A DNA stretch of 64,000 nucleotides from Dimorphilus gyrociliatus (taxonomy: Eukaryota > Animalia > Annelida), in assembly GCA_904063045.1 (NCBI GenBank), contig CAJFCJ010000004.1:494195-558194 (forward strand), in the 5' to 3' direction. Positions 10,301 through 23,613 of this stretch are shown here, one piece after another. The notes beneath the pieces were generated by a model, which searched no databases, had not been told where the DNA came from, and saw only the letters and a list, made by a program, of their open reading frames with translations. Position 1 is the first letter of the stretch, and the number at the start of each line of letters is the position of its first letter. The translations under genes were made by a program, and so were the position numbers.

Positions 10301-13300
10301 GTCGACCGATTATGAGAGGGGTTGAGAGAGGAAGTTTTCGAAATCTGAGTAGCGAAGAATTAAAGGCGTCGTTTCTAGAAATCGAATTATTTCAAAAATA
10401 CTACCGCTCTTCTCCTGTTTTTCCCCCTTCTTTTTATTCGATAAAGTAGATGGCTTTCTATTCTGTTTAGTTTTTAGGAGAATCTTTTTTTTCAAAATAT
10501 AGGCCTATTTTAGAGTGAATTAACTGACTGGCACGTCGACGATTATCAGTCTTGTGTTAAATTATAATATATATTCAGTTGAGTGGAAGAAGGAAGGATT
10601 GTTTTAAGGTATTAACTAATTCTCCCAATGCTCTTCCATCTTTTTCGAATGGCCAAAACGGTTTTGGACAATAAGGTAATATGTAATAAGAATAGTGAAA
10701 AAAGACAGAAAGACAGCAGTTGGACGCTTTAACGCGATTGTTTTCGACGCCCAAACAGACGAATGACGGGACCGTTTGTCTGCCTAAGCAGATTATCGGA
10801 TTACGATTCGGATTTTCGCGTCGCATATTTTTTACGTAATCCTTCAAAGAATGGAAAAAATTCCACGCTTCCCTTTCCGCATCCTCTTCCTCTTCCTAGT
10901 TCGTGTTCACTTCCTTGTTTCACTTCTTTCTTCAAGCGGTATCAAGGGAGTGTATAGGTATTTTGAGTCGCGCATGCGTGTATATCTTCCTTGTCATCCT
11001 TTTCCCATCTTAAAGACGAGCAGCACTTTAAAAAGCGCCATATGCCGCCCGGACGTCCCTTAGGAGACGGTCGTGATTCGCGTAAGGCACGCGTAACGTT
11101 CCCTTTTGTTATTCGCCCCTAAAATCGTCGCCTTTACGCCTTATTTCATTCTTGAGCAGTTTCTTTCACCTGCCATTCTTTTCTTCTCCAGCCAAACCTA
11201 TTCTTCTAACTCGTTCATTTTCATACTTGTATTTTCAAGTACATAGGCCGCTTTCATCACACCTAACTGCCATTACTTCCAAACTACCTATAACAAACTA
11301 ACTCTCACTTTTTATAATATCTTATCAAACATATTCAACTCCAAATGTCCTCTCCTTCTTACTTTTTTATGAAAAGGTATTTAATCATTTTGACATGATT
11401 GACGTTAATAATATTACGCAATTTTCTCTCTCATTTCCAAAATTATGTCAAGTTAGTTGAAAAGAAAGTATTATTTATCTTAAACATTTCTATTCAACTA
11501 TCGTTTAAAATATTTTAGATTTGGAAGAAGATATAGTAGAGAAAGCAAAATTATTCTTCCATAAGGACTTTTGAAGCAACGCTAAGAAATTTGTTTACGC
11601 TATGTTTAAGGCGTTGTGACGCCCTCACGTCGATTAGTCATACGATATGTTACTCTTTTTAAACAAGAAAATTGTTCAAAATGAACACAGAAGATTAAGA
11701 AATTGGCAAGAAATGAAAAAAATACATGAGTAAAGAACACAGCGAGAGAGAAAGAGAAGGGGAAAAGATAAAAAGAGAACAAATAATTGATTAATTGGTG
11801 TTAAATAACTCTTGTCATAATTGCAATAAAACTTGTATACTCTGCATACGAAATGAAGGAGGAAGGATAAGATGAAGGAGAAGGATGAAAGGAAAATTGA
11901 TAAAAAAAAGAATTTTTTTGAATAAATTGCCATATGTCCATGGAACAAATTCAAAAAGGATTTGTCACGGTCTAAAAAAAGAATACCTTTTATGTTTGTG
12001 TATAAAAAAAGCATGAATAATTATAAAAAATATATAAAAAGTGTTCACTGACCCTTTTATAAACTAGCCCATATTATTCTTTACTGTTTTGTTCAATTCT
12101 CGTATGCATTCGGGGCATGCCAACTCTTCTTTTTCATATATAAATATATAGGATTTAGAGTATGCGTAAGCTCTTGTGACAATAATTATTTCTACATTAT
12201 ATTGGGATTTGTCACATTCTCTTATATTCCCGAATTTACACCATCTCCCATTTCCATATAACGACAGCTGACTCTTCTTCAAATCCCCGAACGTCTGAAA
12301 AAAAATCTTGGAATATCATTTACTTAATTGACTTGTATTTTTTCTTGTTTATCTTTTTCCTTTAGACTCACTCATTCTCGTTCACTCATTTTATTCCTTC
12401 CTATCATATATTCTTATATAACTTAAAGTTTGCGTCATCCGTTTTTCTCCGAGAAACTAAAGGAAGAAATAAAATTGAGAAACAGACAGAAACGGAGAAT
12501 GAGATGGAAGCAGGGAATGAAATATTGACATTTATTTTATCTTGAATAAAGATTACTTAAGTTAAGCCAATTCTTCCGCTAACAAGCTATTAAGATAATC
12601 CTCCACTATAAGTAGACTAAGCTAAGAGGAAACAGGAGAACGGTAAATAGCAAAGTTATAACAGATAAGAATCTAATCAGTGCTGTATATCTGCTTGATA
12701 GTTCGTTATATCACATATGCGTGTGCAGATACAATTTGCAAATAGCGTTATTATTTCTGTAGCTATGAATAAAATTAATAGCCATATGAATATTCATCCA
12801 TTTTGATAATTTTAGTTTAGATTATTAAAATCTCTATAAGAATATCCTTTAATTTATTTCATAAGTATCCCTGATGCGCATGCGCTTTAAAAACTGAACC
12901 TTAGCTAAATCCTCTTCTCGAGTCCAATTTCGAAAAAATCGAATCGAAAACGAACTAGATAAATGTGACGCGCAACGTGACGCGCGCGCGGCGTCTAATC
13001 AAGTCTATCTGTCTCCATCTAGAAAGCGACGGCATTCGCCAGTTCGATACAATCTGCAATCGAACTTATAAGCTTCCGACTAGTCCATAGATACAGATTA
13101 TATTATATAGACTACCGAAACTGGCGCTTTAACTGTATTATTGTTACATATCACTACGAAAATGAAGTTTATAATTAAAAGCTGACAAATTTAGGCCTAT
13201 ATTTTTGAATAAATTATTTTCTATAAACATATTTATTTTCGACTATATTATAAAAAATACCGTTTCCTTCATAAAAATAGTAATATACATAATAATATAT

Positions 13301-14276
13301 GTATAATGTATATTATTTGTACTAAAAAACAATACACGCAGTTTCTCTCCACCAATAGAAACTTTCTAACTTAGCTGAAAATAGAGGTCGCTAAGGTTGT
13401 TGAGCGACGCGCGGCACTTTCACCCTCTTCTCTTTTTTTACTCTCTTTTAAAAATTCAGGGCCATTCAATACGTAGATAGAGACGCCTATATATCCTATG
13501 AGTATCATATAGTATGGAAAAAGAAATAAAATGTAACATTGATAAAGGATACGATTTCCCGTCTTAACGCCTCGTTATATTTATATATAAAATATCGCTT
13601 GAGGCTGGGTTTTCTTACTATAAAAATCATATTTTTATGTCTTTTTAACTGTGGGGCATACATGAATTGCTTTATTAACTCCCATTTAGCCTATACAGTA
13701 TGTTCTTTAGCTTTTTCATATGAATTTACATAAAATATCTCTTGTTATGTTAATATAGACTAAGACAGGAAAGAGAAATAGATTAAAAGATGCTATTCAA
13801 TAGAGCAAAAATGGAAAAACTCGTTTAAAGTAAAAATGTTTCTTTCCTATATGTTTTCTCCGTCGTCACTTGTTCCTTGTTTTGTTTTTTACTATTAGTT
13901 ACATAAGAATATGACTTAGGGCAAACTTTGCAGTGTCGCCAATCACAGACTGTCTTTAAAAATAAGTTTATCATCTATGTTTTCCTTTTTTTTTCATTTA
14001 TAAGTAAAATAAACAAAAAAGAAGACAAACTAGGATAGAGGGAGAGAAAACAAACTGTACAGCCTTCTAATTAACATTCTATAATTGCTGTAGGCAAATT
14101 TTTCGAAAAGCTAATTTCTATAAAAATCCTTAATTTAGTCTATTTATTGACCTAATTTTGTTATTTTACAGATTTATGATAATATAAACTTAAAGTTTGT
14201 AATATAGAATACAAGGTACAAACATATAGTGCATAGATGGTAATATATATATATATCGATTATATACTCGGATACA

Positions 14277-14278
<2 letters not shown>

Positions 14279-14308
<30 letters not shown>
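14279..14308. repeat. (TA)15 microsatellite
   Basis: Read directly from the sequence. Confidence 0.9.
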
Positions 14309-14312
<4 letters not shown>

Positions 14313-15643
14313 TTTATTTATGTTTAGTTTGTTTGAGAAAATCTCAGTTATCTCTTTTTTGTGTTTAGATATTTCATTCAATTTTTCATTTTATCTTCCC
14401 AAAAGGAAACACCGCCTTAGGTTATATTAAGCTAATCTAAAATATATTTAATTTTGGCCTATATATTTTCCTATTTTCCTATATTAGCCCTCTCCATTTG
14501 ACTCTATATTATTTTCATTCTTTCCCTCATACGATGCTTTAAGGTATTGTAGGAAATAGGATTTTTATGTCGTTAGCCATGTACGTAATTAATAATTTTA
14601 AGTATAATCTTAAGTTAATCGCTATTATGTGTGTGGTGCATAAGGTTCCAACAGACCGAAAATTCGCGACTTTCATCTTTCCTAGATTGCGTAATAATCC
14701 CATTTATACATAATATTAAGCCTATAAATATACGGATTATCTTTGTACCAGTTTTAAGTATAAAAGAGGATGGATCAAAAACGTTTCCATCTCGTTCAAA
14801 AATGTTCGTGGAAGGTAACGAGCGACGAATAAGATATTTAAACTATATTCAATTATATAACTGAACTATAATGACTAGAGGTAACGCCTGTTTTTATTAG
14901 GTGCTAATCATTGACGTATAAATATTTAGACCCACAAATCCATTTGATTATCTCCCGTACAAACCGATAACGACAGCCTGTTCGTACATAATTTAGTAAG
15001 CCCACCCTTTCACGTTTCACCGCTATCATGTTCGGTAAATTGCTTCAATACAAGAAAAATTCCTACCTCCTTATCCAAAAACTATTCTATTTATGATACA
15101 TAGTCTCCAAACTTTATACTACATATAACAAGTAAATTTGATCCTCCGACCCTCTCCACATCTGGTGCCATTCCTTTCGAATGAAAGAGAATTCCTTATC
15201 ATAGGAGGGGGGAAGGCGATTTGGTGGGTGGAGAAGGAGGAGGATAGTGAAGGGGAATTTTCTAGTTAATCCTATTTAAAAGAAGCTGGAAGAGTCAGAA
15301 TGTTGGGAAGTCGAGTGTTATAATTTTGTTTTTACTATCAACTAGTACATTTGTTTGTACAAGTAATTTACATATTATATTACAGAGGAAAAAAGAACAA
15401 CCAAATAAATACCAAACTACCTTGAATCGTTTTAATCTCTATACGGTAAACATATGAAGTAATGAAAATTTGAGTTCTTTTAAACGAATAAGTATATAAT
15501 GCAGACTTTTTCGTTAGAATAATACTGTATGCATATGCATATGTTAATTATCATAAAATATAGAAAAGACAAACTTCTCTCGAAAAAAGGAAAAGTTTTT
15601 TTTTTTTGAAACGTTCTCTCTCTTCTTTTTAAAATAGACTATG

Positions 15644-16108
15644 TTAGACGTCAATTCGATCCATTCTCGGTCTTTTAACATCAGGTGCGAAACTTGACGA
15701 TGGCGATGTGGTCGAGGCGGCATTCGACGGTGAACGAGGGAAATTTGGGAAGACGTTACCATCAGTTCCGGTTGGGGAGAGATGGCCGAAATTGCCTCCA
15801 GCGTTCATATAGGCGATTAATCTGCGCAATTCTTCTAGGGCATTAGCTTGCATTAGTATGTAATTCTTGGCTAGTAGTAGAGTTGCGATCTTGCTCAATT
15901 TCCTTACGGACGGTGAATGAGCATAAGGTATAACGCTCCTCAGTTCGTCTAGGGCATCGTTCAGATCATGCATTCTTCTCCTTTCCCTGGCGTTTATGTT
16001 TAATCGTACAGTTTTCTGTGCTCCTGGTTTAATTTGCTTTTGTTCGTCAATATCATCAACACTAATTTCTTCTTCGTCGAAAAGTGGAGAGTCTGGCGAT
16101 GTTGACAT
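15644..16108 (-). CDS. BHLHE22: Beta3/Olig-class bHLH transcription factor (BHLHE22/23-like, Drosophila Oli-like), single exon, 154 aa
   Basis: b[69 protein letters not shown] is nearly identical to the BHLHE22/23 domain as I recall it. First ATG is at 16108; the ORF-track start at 16135 is TTG. Confidence 0.93.
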   Translation of the reverse strand: MSTSPDSPLFDEEEISVDDIDEQKQIKPGAQKTVRLNINARERRRMHDLNDALDELRSVIPYAHSPSVRKLSKIATLLLAKNYILMQANALEELRRLIAYMNAGGNFGHLSPTGTDGNVFPNFPRSPSNAASTTSPSSSFAPDVKRPRMDRIDV

Positions 16109-16219
16109 GACTGCTGGAAGACGTTTGACGGCCAAGGAGGAGACGCGAGTGCCACCAGACGGAGCTGTTGACCGAACATCTGCCCTGATTTTTCCCTTTA
16201 CCCAGCTCTTTTTCTGTCA

Positions 16220-16227
16220 TTTTTATA
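16220..16227 (-). promoter_or_regulatory. Candidate TATA box (TATAAAAA) of the bHLH gene
   Basis: Minus strand reads GGTATAAAAATG about 115 nt upstream of the ATG. The transcription start is unknown. Confidence 0.3.
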
Positions 16228-19200
16228 CCGTATTAAAACTGTCTTTCGGTAGGATGAACGCGTAAGATTATAGGATATCCGAGATGACCGAAGCTTATTC
16301 CATTTTCCCTTTTCTAGTCTTTAATTTACTTTACAATGGAACCTTGAAGCAGTAAGACAGCACAAAGAAAAATGAAATATTACATAATCCACCGTAAAAT
16401 CTTCCATTCAACCTAATAGATTTGATAAATAACGCGTAGCAGTTTGACATTGAAAGATGTCACGTTCAAGAGTATGGAAATAGATATTTCCGATAGTTAA
16501 GAGGAACAGATTGAACGCTGTCATTCGATATCTAACCAGGACTGGAAGGTAAATGGACTTAAGACTTATCACAAAGAATATCGTAATTCAAGATGACCGA
16601 AACGCTGACCTGAACGTTCTCCCATTTGTTCAAAGGTTAGGAAATTCTATAAAGACAGAATCTGTTCTTTGCCCCTAACTCAGACGGTTTTGATCATTTG
16701 ATATTCTAGAATCTGTCGTATATAACTAAAGTCTTTTGAATGGAAAGTAGAAACATTAACGCCCAATCAGTAGGTGGTAAGAAGTTCATGTGGGTGGTAT
16801 TGAATCTGTAAAAGAGGTGGAGATGACATAAAGAGACGTTCAAATTATACGATTTACTAAATGCCACCGAGTCAACGGTTTGGCATGATGTCATTAAAAT
16901 TAGGAGAATTTCGTTGTGTAAAAAGATCGAATAGCGGAGCTAATCTTATTGACAGGATTAAGCGATCGAAACGAAACAATAGAATAATAAAAAAAAGGGA
17001 CGTTTATTTCTCCTTTATCAGAGTTTCTTTCATTTGCTATTTGTTACGATTAATATGCCTTATTCCATATCAAAAAGATCGATTAAGGGGTCGAGTACCT
17101 GGTCGGGTCAGGAATTGGATGGGTCAACAGGTCAATAAACTATAGTAACCCATTTTACTTCAGCATCACGGGGGTTTGAAAAATTTTGATCACAAAGGTG
17201 ACATCAATTGAGAATTTTCCATTGTGAAATTCCATCCTTCTATTCAAATCATACAACAAATGTTACTTTAAGGGAATTTTAGTTATTTTAGTTATTATAC
17301 GCAGCTTTTTCAAAAATATAACGATAAGTTATAGAAAAACATTTTTAAGATTAACCGATTAAGTACAATACATAAACCAACTGCAACAAAACCACGCATC
17401 TTTAATAAATCGGCTAGAAACGAAATCGCTCTGTACGTGACAGCCAATGTCCTAATACGATTACACAACAACCAAGACCGTGACGTAATCGAATCCAACA
17501 AACGTCTGCCATATCACTTCTCCCATCGTCGATTTCATTTTATTATTTTTATTGAAATAAGCCTATAATATGGCAAAAAAAGTTCCTCCGAGATATATCT
17601 TAATCTGGGGGAATGATCTGTTTGAAAGCGCTCGATGATCCTTGAAAGAATAGAAAAAAAGAAGGGGGTGGAGAGTATGCAAGTTGAAAAGCATCTAAAG
17701 GAGTTGGGCGGCCATATGGCACGATTTTTTAGCAAGAATACTCTAAAAAAAAGCAGGGAACTGGTACCCATTATTTTGGGTGCTCACCGTAAGTTTCCCT
17801 CTCTTTGGGCTGCCGCTCTACCACTTTAAGAGAGGCATTCGATGCTGTTTTCTTCTTTCGACCGAAGCGCACACAATGGACCCATCTGGCGCAGCGTCGC
17901 CAATCACTTTAGCAACATAAGCGCGTTAGGGGCGTTACAATATGGCGAGGCGGCGTCGCTAGCGCAATCAGGCGCGTTGACCAGCTGCGGCTCGGAATGA
18001 GTCTCGGAAGAGATTTGTATACGAGAATAGTTTACGATTGTTTCATCTTGTTTACTCCCCACCTTCTCACTCCCTCTTGGTCTCTTTTTCATCGAGTATG
18101 CTTCATTGGTGCTAGTGATTCTTAACTTATTAGTCCAAGAATAGAAATTGACAAGTGAATTGTCTGCCTTTAATAGAAAATCAAAATTAGCTATTGATTT
18201 TATAATATCTTTGAAATGGAGACATTAAAAGGGAATTTTCTTCATAATTAGGAAAAGAATTTAAAGCTTTTGAACTATGAGAAGGGGATACATAAGATTA
18301 GAGAAAGGATTTATAGGACCCGATCATATTTAGAGTGGGGGAGGAGAAAGAGAAGGAAAGAAAAAGGGTAAAGGGGAGGAGGAAGGGGGATTTTGAAATA
18401 TTGACTGACTGTTGATTGCGATATAGCGGTACTAAATTTTATGAAAGCTCCTGATGAGCCAGGAATTCGGAACAATTTAAGCAAAATGACCTAAATATCG
18501 CCAAAGGAATGATTCTTTTTCGAAGGAATTTTCTTCAGAAAACAACCTATTCTTATTGGTTTGGCTTTGTCCATAAATAAACACAATATTCGAATAAAAT
18601 GATAGGTTACCAGTCTAGCCGTAAGGATAAAATAACATATCTAATTGGAGATTAATTTGATAAAGAGGCAACTAACAGGTTTAAAAGCGTTAAAAAAAAT
18701 AAGAAACACAGATTTCCACGCTTTGCGGTTCTGACAGAAAGTAAAAAAACTGCGGTTTCGATAGATGCAGCTAAACGACTCTCGGAAGAGATTTGTTAGA
18801 CGTCGACGAGGCGTCGCTTATCGCGACGTTTATCGCTTAGACAGTAGCGTCCACGCGCTCGTAAAGTGACGCCTCGATGACGTAACGGCCGTGACTTCAA
18901 TCGCCAATCGCCCTTAAACGCCGCCGAATTAGACGGCAAAGCGGGACGTCCCGCCGGAACGAGTGGCCTTGTTATGATGCTCGTTTATAGACGCGTTGAC
19001 GTTGGTGAGGCGTCGCCCAGGATAATTCTATATACTTTGCTGTTTGCCGCCTGTCAAACTGACGATAGATTTCTTTTCTCTACGTATTCCCTCCTCTTTA
19101 TTTTCTTTCTATTTATATAGTAAAAATGCATTCAGTATATATACATGTGTATATACATATGCATATATTATATCGAGAGAAACACGGATAAGGAAAAAAA

Positions 19201-22200
19201 GAAATTTGTCTTCTCTCCACAGAAGAATTTCTTGCAGTTAACAAGGTTATTTTGAACCGAAAAGAAACAGCTTTAATATCGATATGGAAAAGGGAAACGG
19301 AATAGAAAACTCTGTTAGAGAAAGTATATGTCTGAGTAAGTGAGTGAGTGAGGGGGAGAGAGGGAGAGAGAAGAGACAGAGAGGGAGAGACTAGTTAATA
19401 AAGAAAGATTGTATCTCATGCAGTAGCTAAGAATAGGGAGTTTTTATCGATAAAAAAGAAAATCCGTCGCACGCAACTTTACAATCGGAATGTGTATGAA
19501 AAATATACAAAAGCGACAGTGCTATTAGAATCCTTTGGGATACGCAATTAAGCAGCAGACTTCCTCCATTAAATGATCTGCATTTTACAAGCAGTACCAC
19601 TCTTTCTTGACAAGATTTTGTCCTATTCTACAAACCTTCACTTGAATTTATAATATATTTTATCTTATGAATACTCATTTATTCATTATGTGTACTCGGT
19701 ACATATATGGTAATTATTTATCTATATATCTGTAATAAAAATGCGTGTTTGTACAACTGCCATCCCTGAGGCTAATCCACCTTCTTCTACCCTTTTTTAT
19801 GTCCAACACTTTCTCCTTCCTAAATATCAAACTTGACACGCGAATAACGAGTAAAAGTTTGAAAAGACACAATAAATTTAATCCCTTTATTGCCCTTAAC
19901 ACCATGCCTTTTCATCTCTGCCGCAGGGCGATTAGCGAACTGTTTGCGCGAACACCTGTTCACCTGCTGCGGCGATTTGCTATGCACTCTATACAGTGTG
20001 TTTATTCCGATTTATGTAAATGAGCTGTAAGATTTAGCTTGAAAAGTCATTTGTGAAGTTCGAGCCCCATTTACCGCCCCGCCCATTATCTTTTATTCTT
20101 CCTTATCCAATTCTAACTGCCCCTTCCAAAGGCAACATTTATTCCATTCTCTCTTCAGCCCCTAGTTTCAATTTTGATTGATATCCGTTCTAGCATTTCC
20201 TTACCGGCGGGCCGATCCGATTCTTCAATAGTTATTTCGACTTTGGCAAATCCTTTTCAAAAGTTTGCACATATAAATCAATAAAAAAGTTTCATAAACC
20301 TAGTTTCTTTTTATTAATGAATATTCATTAAAAGAATATATAGAATATAATATAAAAAAACTTGTTATAGGTTTAATTACGTTGACTATAGAAATTTTTC
20401 CTCTTTCTAAAAAAAACTCGTTTATTTGACCACTAGAATTTTTTTTATTGTCGATTGCATTTTATTAAATTATTCACTGTATCATATTTCTCTAGATGGC
20501 GTATTGCTACTATTCATACATATGTGGTGCCATCTGGTTTTTTATAGATAGTCTTTTTCATAAGATTTTGTGTGAATATACAAATACTGTATATATCTGT
20601 ATATACATTTATAAATTTTCTTACTTGAACAAATAATTGAATTATATTCAAGTTTTCTTTTGAATATTGAAAATTCCCAAGAGGTTTCTGCTATTTTTAC
20701 TAAAGGAAAAAAAGTAAATTCCATATCTCAGAGCTTAAAAGTTGAGGTATAAAGTTCGAGACATACTTCAATATTTTATATCCTTTCTCATTTTTGTCGC
20801 ATTCCTATCTTTATGAGCAATAATCGAATGTTCGTCTCGTGGAATAGTTTTGAGACGTTAGACACTTTTCCACTGAGATTTAGTGATTTACTGGTGTCAT
20901 TTAGGAGAAAGCACGGGAGGGAACTTGAAGAATAATGATATAAGTTATAGATATATTGTGCCATTTTTTTTTGGTACAATTAATAAAATGATAAATGTTA
21001 AATAGTATAAAAGAAAACTATATAATAGGGAACTAGAACTATATACAGTATATATACTGTATATATAAAAGCCAGTTGCATCTACGCACTTCTTTTTTAG
21101 TTCTGTTCAATATTATTGTTGCTATAACAACACGAGGACTTCTAAAAAAAAAACAAGAACTTTATTTAGACTCTTGAGTTGATAATTGAAAGCGGCAATT
21201 GGAGACCTTCGGCAAAATGAACTTGGCAAGGGTAGTAAAAGAGTATGATATACTTTACTTAAAGTAAGTAAAGTATTAATAATATCTTGTTTGCATATTG
21301 AAATTGAAAATAAAGATTCCATTTAACTTTGTAGCGTTCATTTAGACTAATAGTAAAAGATAAAAAGACTTGTTTTACAAGAAAATTAATCTATTATTCT
21401 ATTGTATTACTTGAAATGGTAGTGTAAATTCATATCTTAGAAAGAACTATAAATAACTTGTATCAATAACTCATGTTTTATTCAAAAAAGTATGTTAATT
21501 TCATAAGAGATTGAAAGAGAGGAAGAGAAGAAATATTCGTTTAATCACAATAAAATAAAAAGAATAATGATATACATATTATCTCTATAGGAAGCTTTAT
21601 ATATATGATAAAAAAAACTTAACTTTATTTGAAGAGATTCTATTCCAGAACATAATTAGGAACGTTAAGTCCACTTTGCTCTGGTACTCAGATCCATCCT
21701 TCAACATAAAAGGTTGCGGTTTTCTTTTAAGTGAAACGAAGACAATCCAAAAATAGTTTCGGCTACCCTTGAAATATTACAAATCGTATTATAAACTGTT
21801 TCTTTTTGTAACGAATAATATGAATAATAGAGTACATAATTTCATTTTATCTTCTACTCTTCAGACACATTGACCTGGAGAATAGACGAGGAAAAAGCTA
21901 TTTTTTTTATTAGAGTTTTTCCATTGTATTCATCATCTCCTTTTGATATAATGGATTTTTGAGATAATACATTCGTATGATAAATATTATATATGAATAG
22001 CGAAATTCAGGGTCGTCGTATAAAGTTTTATCGAATTGGTTTCGGATTGTCATCGAGGGGCTGACTATGAATCAATAATGGGAGGTAACGCCATAAGATA
22101 TATGCTATTTGTGTAATTTTGTAAGGTACTTGAACTAATGTATCAATATATATACTGTATTATACCTCCTTAATTAAATGCATTATGTTCGATATAGAGA

Positions 22201-23133
22201 AATACATATATATAGATATACTAGTATATATACTGCATATACTCTATGCCAAAGGATTCCTTCGTCATTGGTGTTGTTGTTGTTGATATTGTTGCTTTAA
22301 TTAATTAAAAAATGGTTACTTGTTGATTAATCATCTTGAAATGCTGTCTGTGAAATAAGTGATCCTAATGTTAATACTCTATTTACATTTTTTTCCAATC
22401 GATTTATTGATACTGTACTATATGTCTTTCTTATTAGCCTTTGCCTTGGATTGATGTATGTCAGTCAAATGAGTGCTATAATTTATACTTTTTGATATAT
22501 GATCAATGTACCAGATAGAATCAATCATTGTTGTTTTAAAACTGTCATAAAAAATAAGGTACTGTTGAAAACTCCATCTATCGGTTAAGATAAATTAAAC
22601 GTAAATTTGAGGTTACGATGAGTAGAATTGTTATTATCTTTCCTATCTCATTTTTTAAGTCTTTATTTATTTTATAGGTCATGTTTACTGGAAAGAATTT
22701 CCAATTAATTAGTTGTAATCAAATCTGCAAAAAGAATCCTAAAACATAAACAGATAATATTTTTTAATATTGATATTTCAACAAAGGTTAAACATCAATA
22801 TTATGATTTGACATCCTACGGATATTATCAAAGTTTCTGATAAATAATTGAATTAGTTTATATCCAAATGGGTAAAGGTCATTCTAATTAGTATGACCTT
22901 TTCTTTCTCTGCAATAAGCTACTTGTAAAATTCGTCTAAGACTGTCTAGTGTATCATTTACAACTTCATATATTTTTTCCTATTTGAAGATTTCTTTCAA
23001 TCCTAATATACAAAGAGAAAAGAAAATTCTTCGTAACAAGATTATAGAGAACTTTCAAAAATTCCAACTGCTATAAGTTTAATACAAAATGGTCTTTTGA
23101 CTAGGTCTTAACGTTGTTTTTACTCCATCCTCC

Positions 23134-23165
<32 letters not shown>

Positions 23166-23613
23166 GTATATATGAATATAAGTATAATAAGCCATTAATA
23201 AACAAATACAGTATATACAATAAATAGTATTTAACATTTGATATTAAAACAGTTTATTTATTTAAAAAAAATATAAACTAGTTTAATATAATATCTTAAC
23301 TTTTATTAATAGTTGGCATAGCTTTGCATAAATTTTCTTGTTTCATCAACCATTGTATAGAGAAAGAAAGTAGAGAGATATTAATAGGACAGATAGATAT
23401 TTAGATAGATATATAGATGGACAGATACTAGAGAGAATAGTAACATTTTTTTTAATTTATTAGTAATGTGTTATATCTCTTATCAAAATCAAAAGATCTC
23501 TGGTAGATTCTTCTATTTTTTTTTAACGTTATTTTTTCTCTTCTCTTTAATTCACCTAATTCTTAAGCAGTTTAGAATAATAATAAAAAAAGAAACAGAA
23601 AACATGTTAGCAC

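Noticed and set aside
20058-20067. GTTCGAGCCC, resembling a tRNA T-loop/B box
   Set aside because: No A box, acceptor stem or cloverleaf in the flanks.
20813-20935. 40-codon plus-strand sORF (MSNNRMFVSWNSFETLDTFPLRF...)
   Set aside because: Short, no homology recognised, no supporting splice or promoter evidence.
22240-22310. Possible extra terminal Erg exon (poly-AAC tract) via a TC|GTAGGT donor at 23617
   Set aside because: The in-frame TAG at 23616-23614 gives a complete protein; the alternative is unsupported without RNA data.
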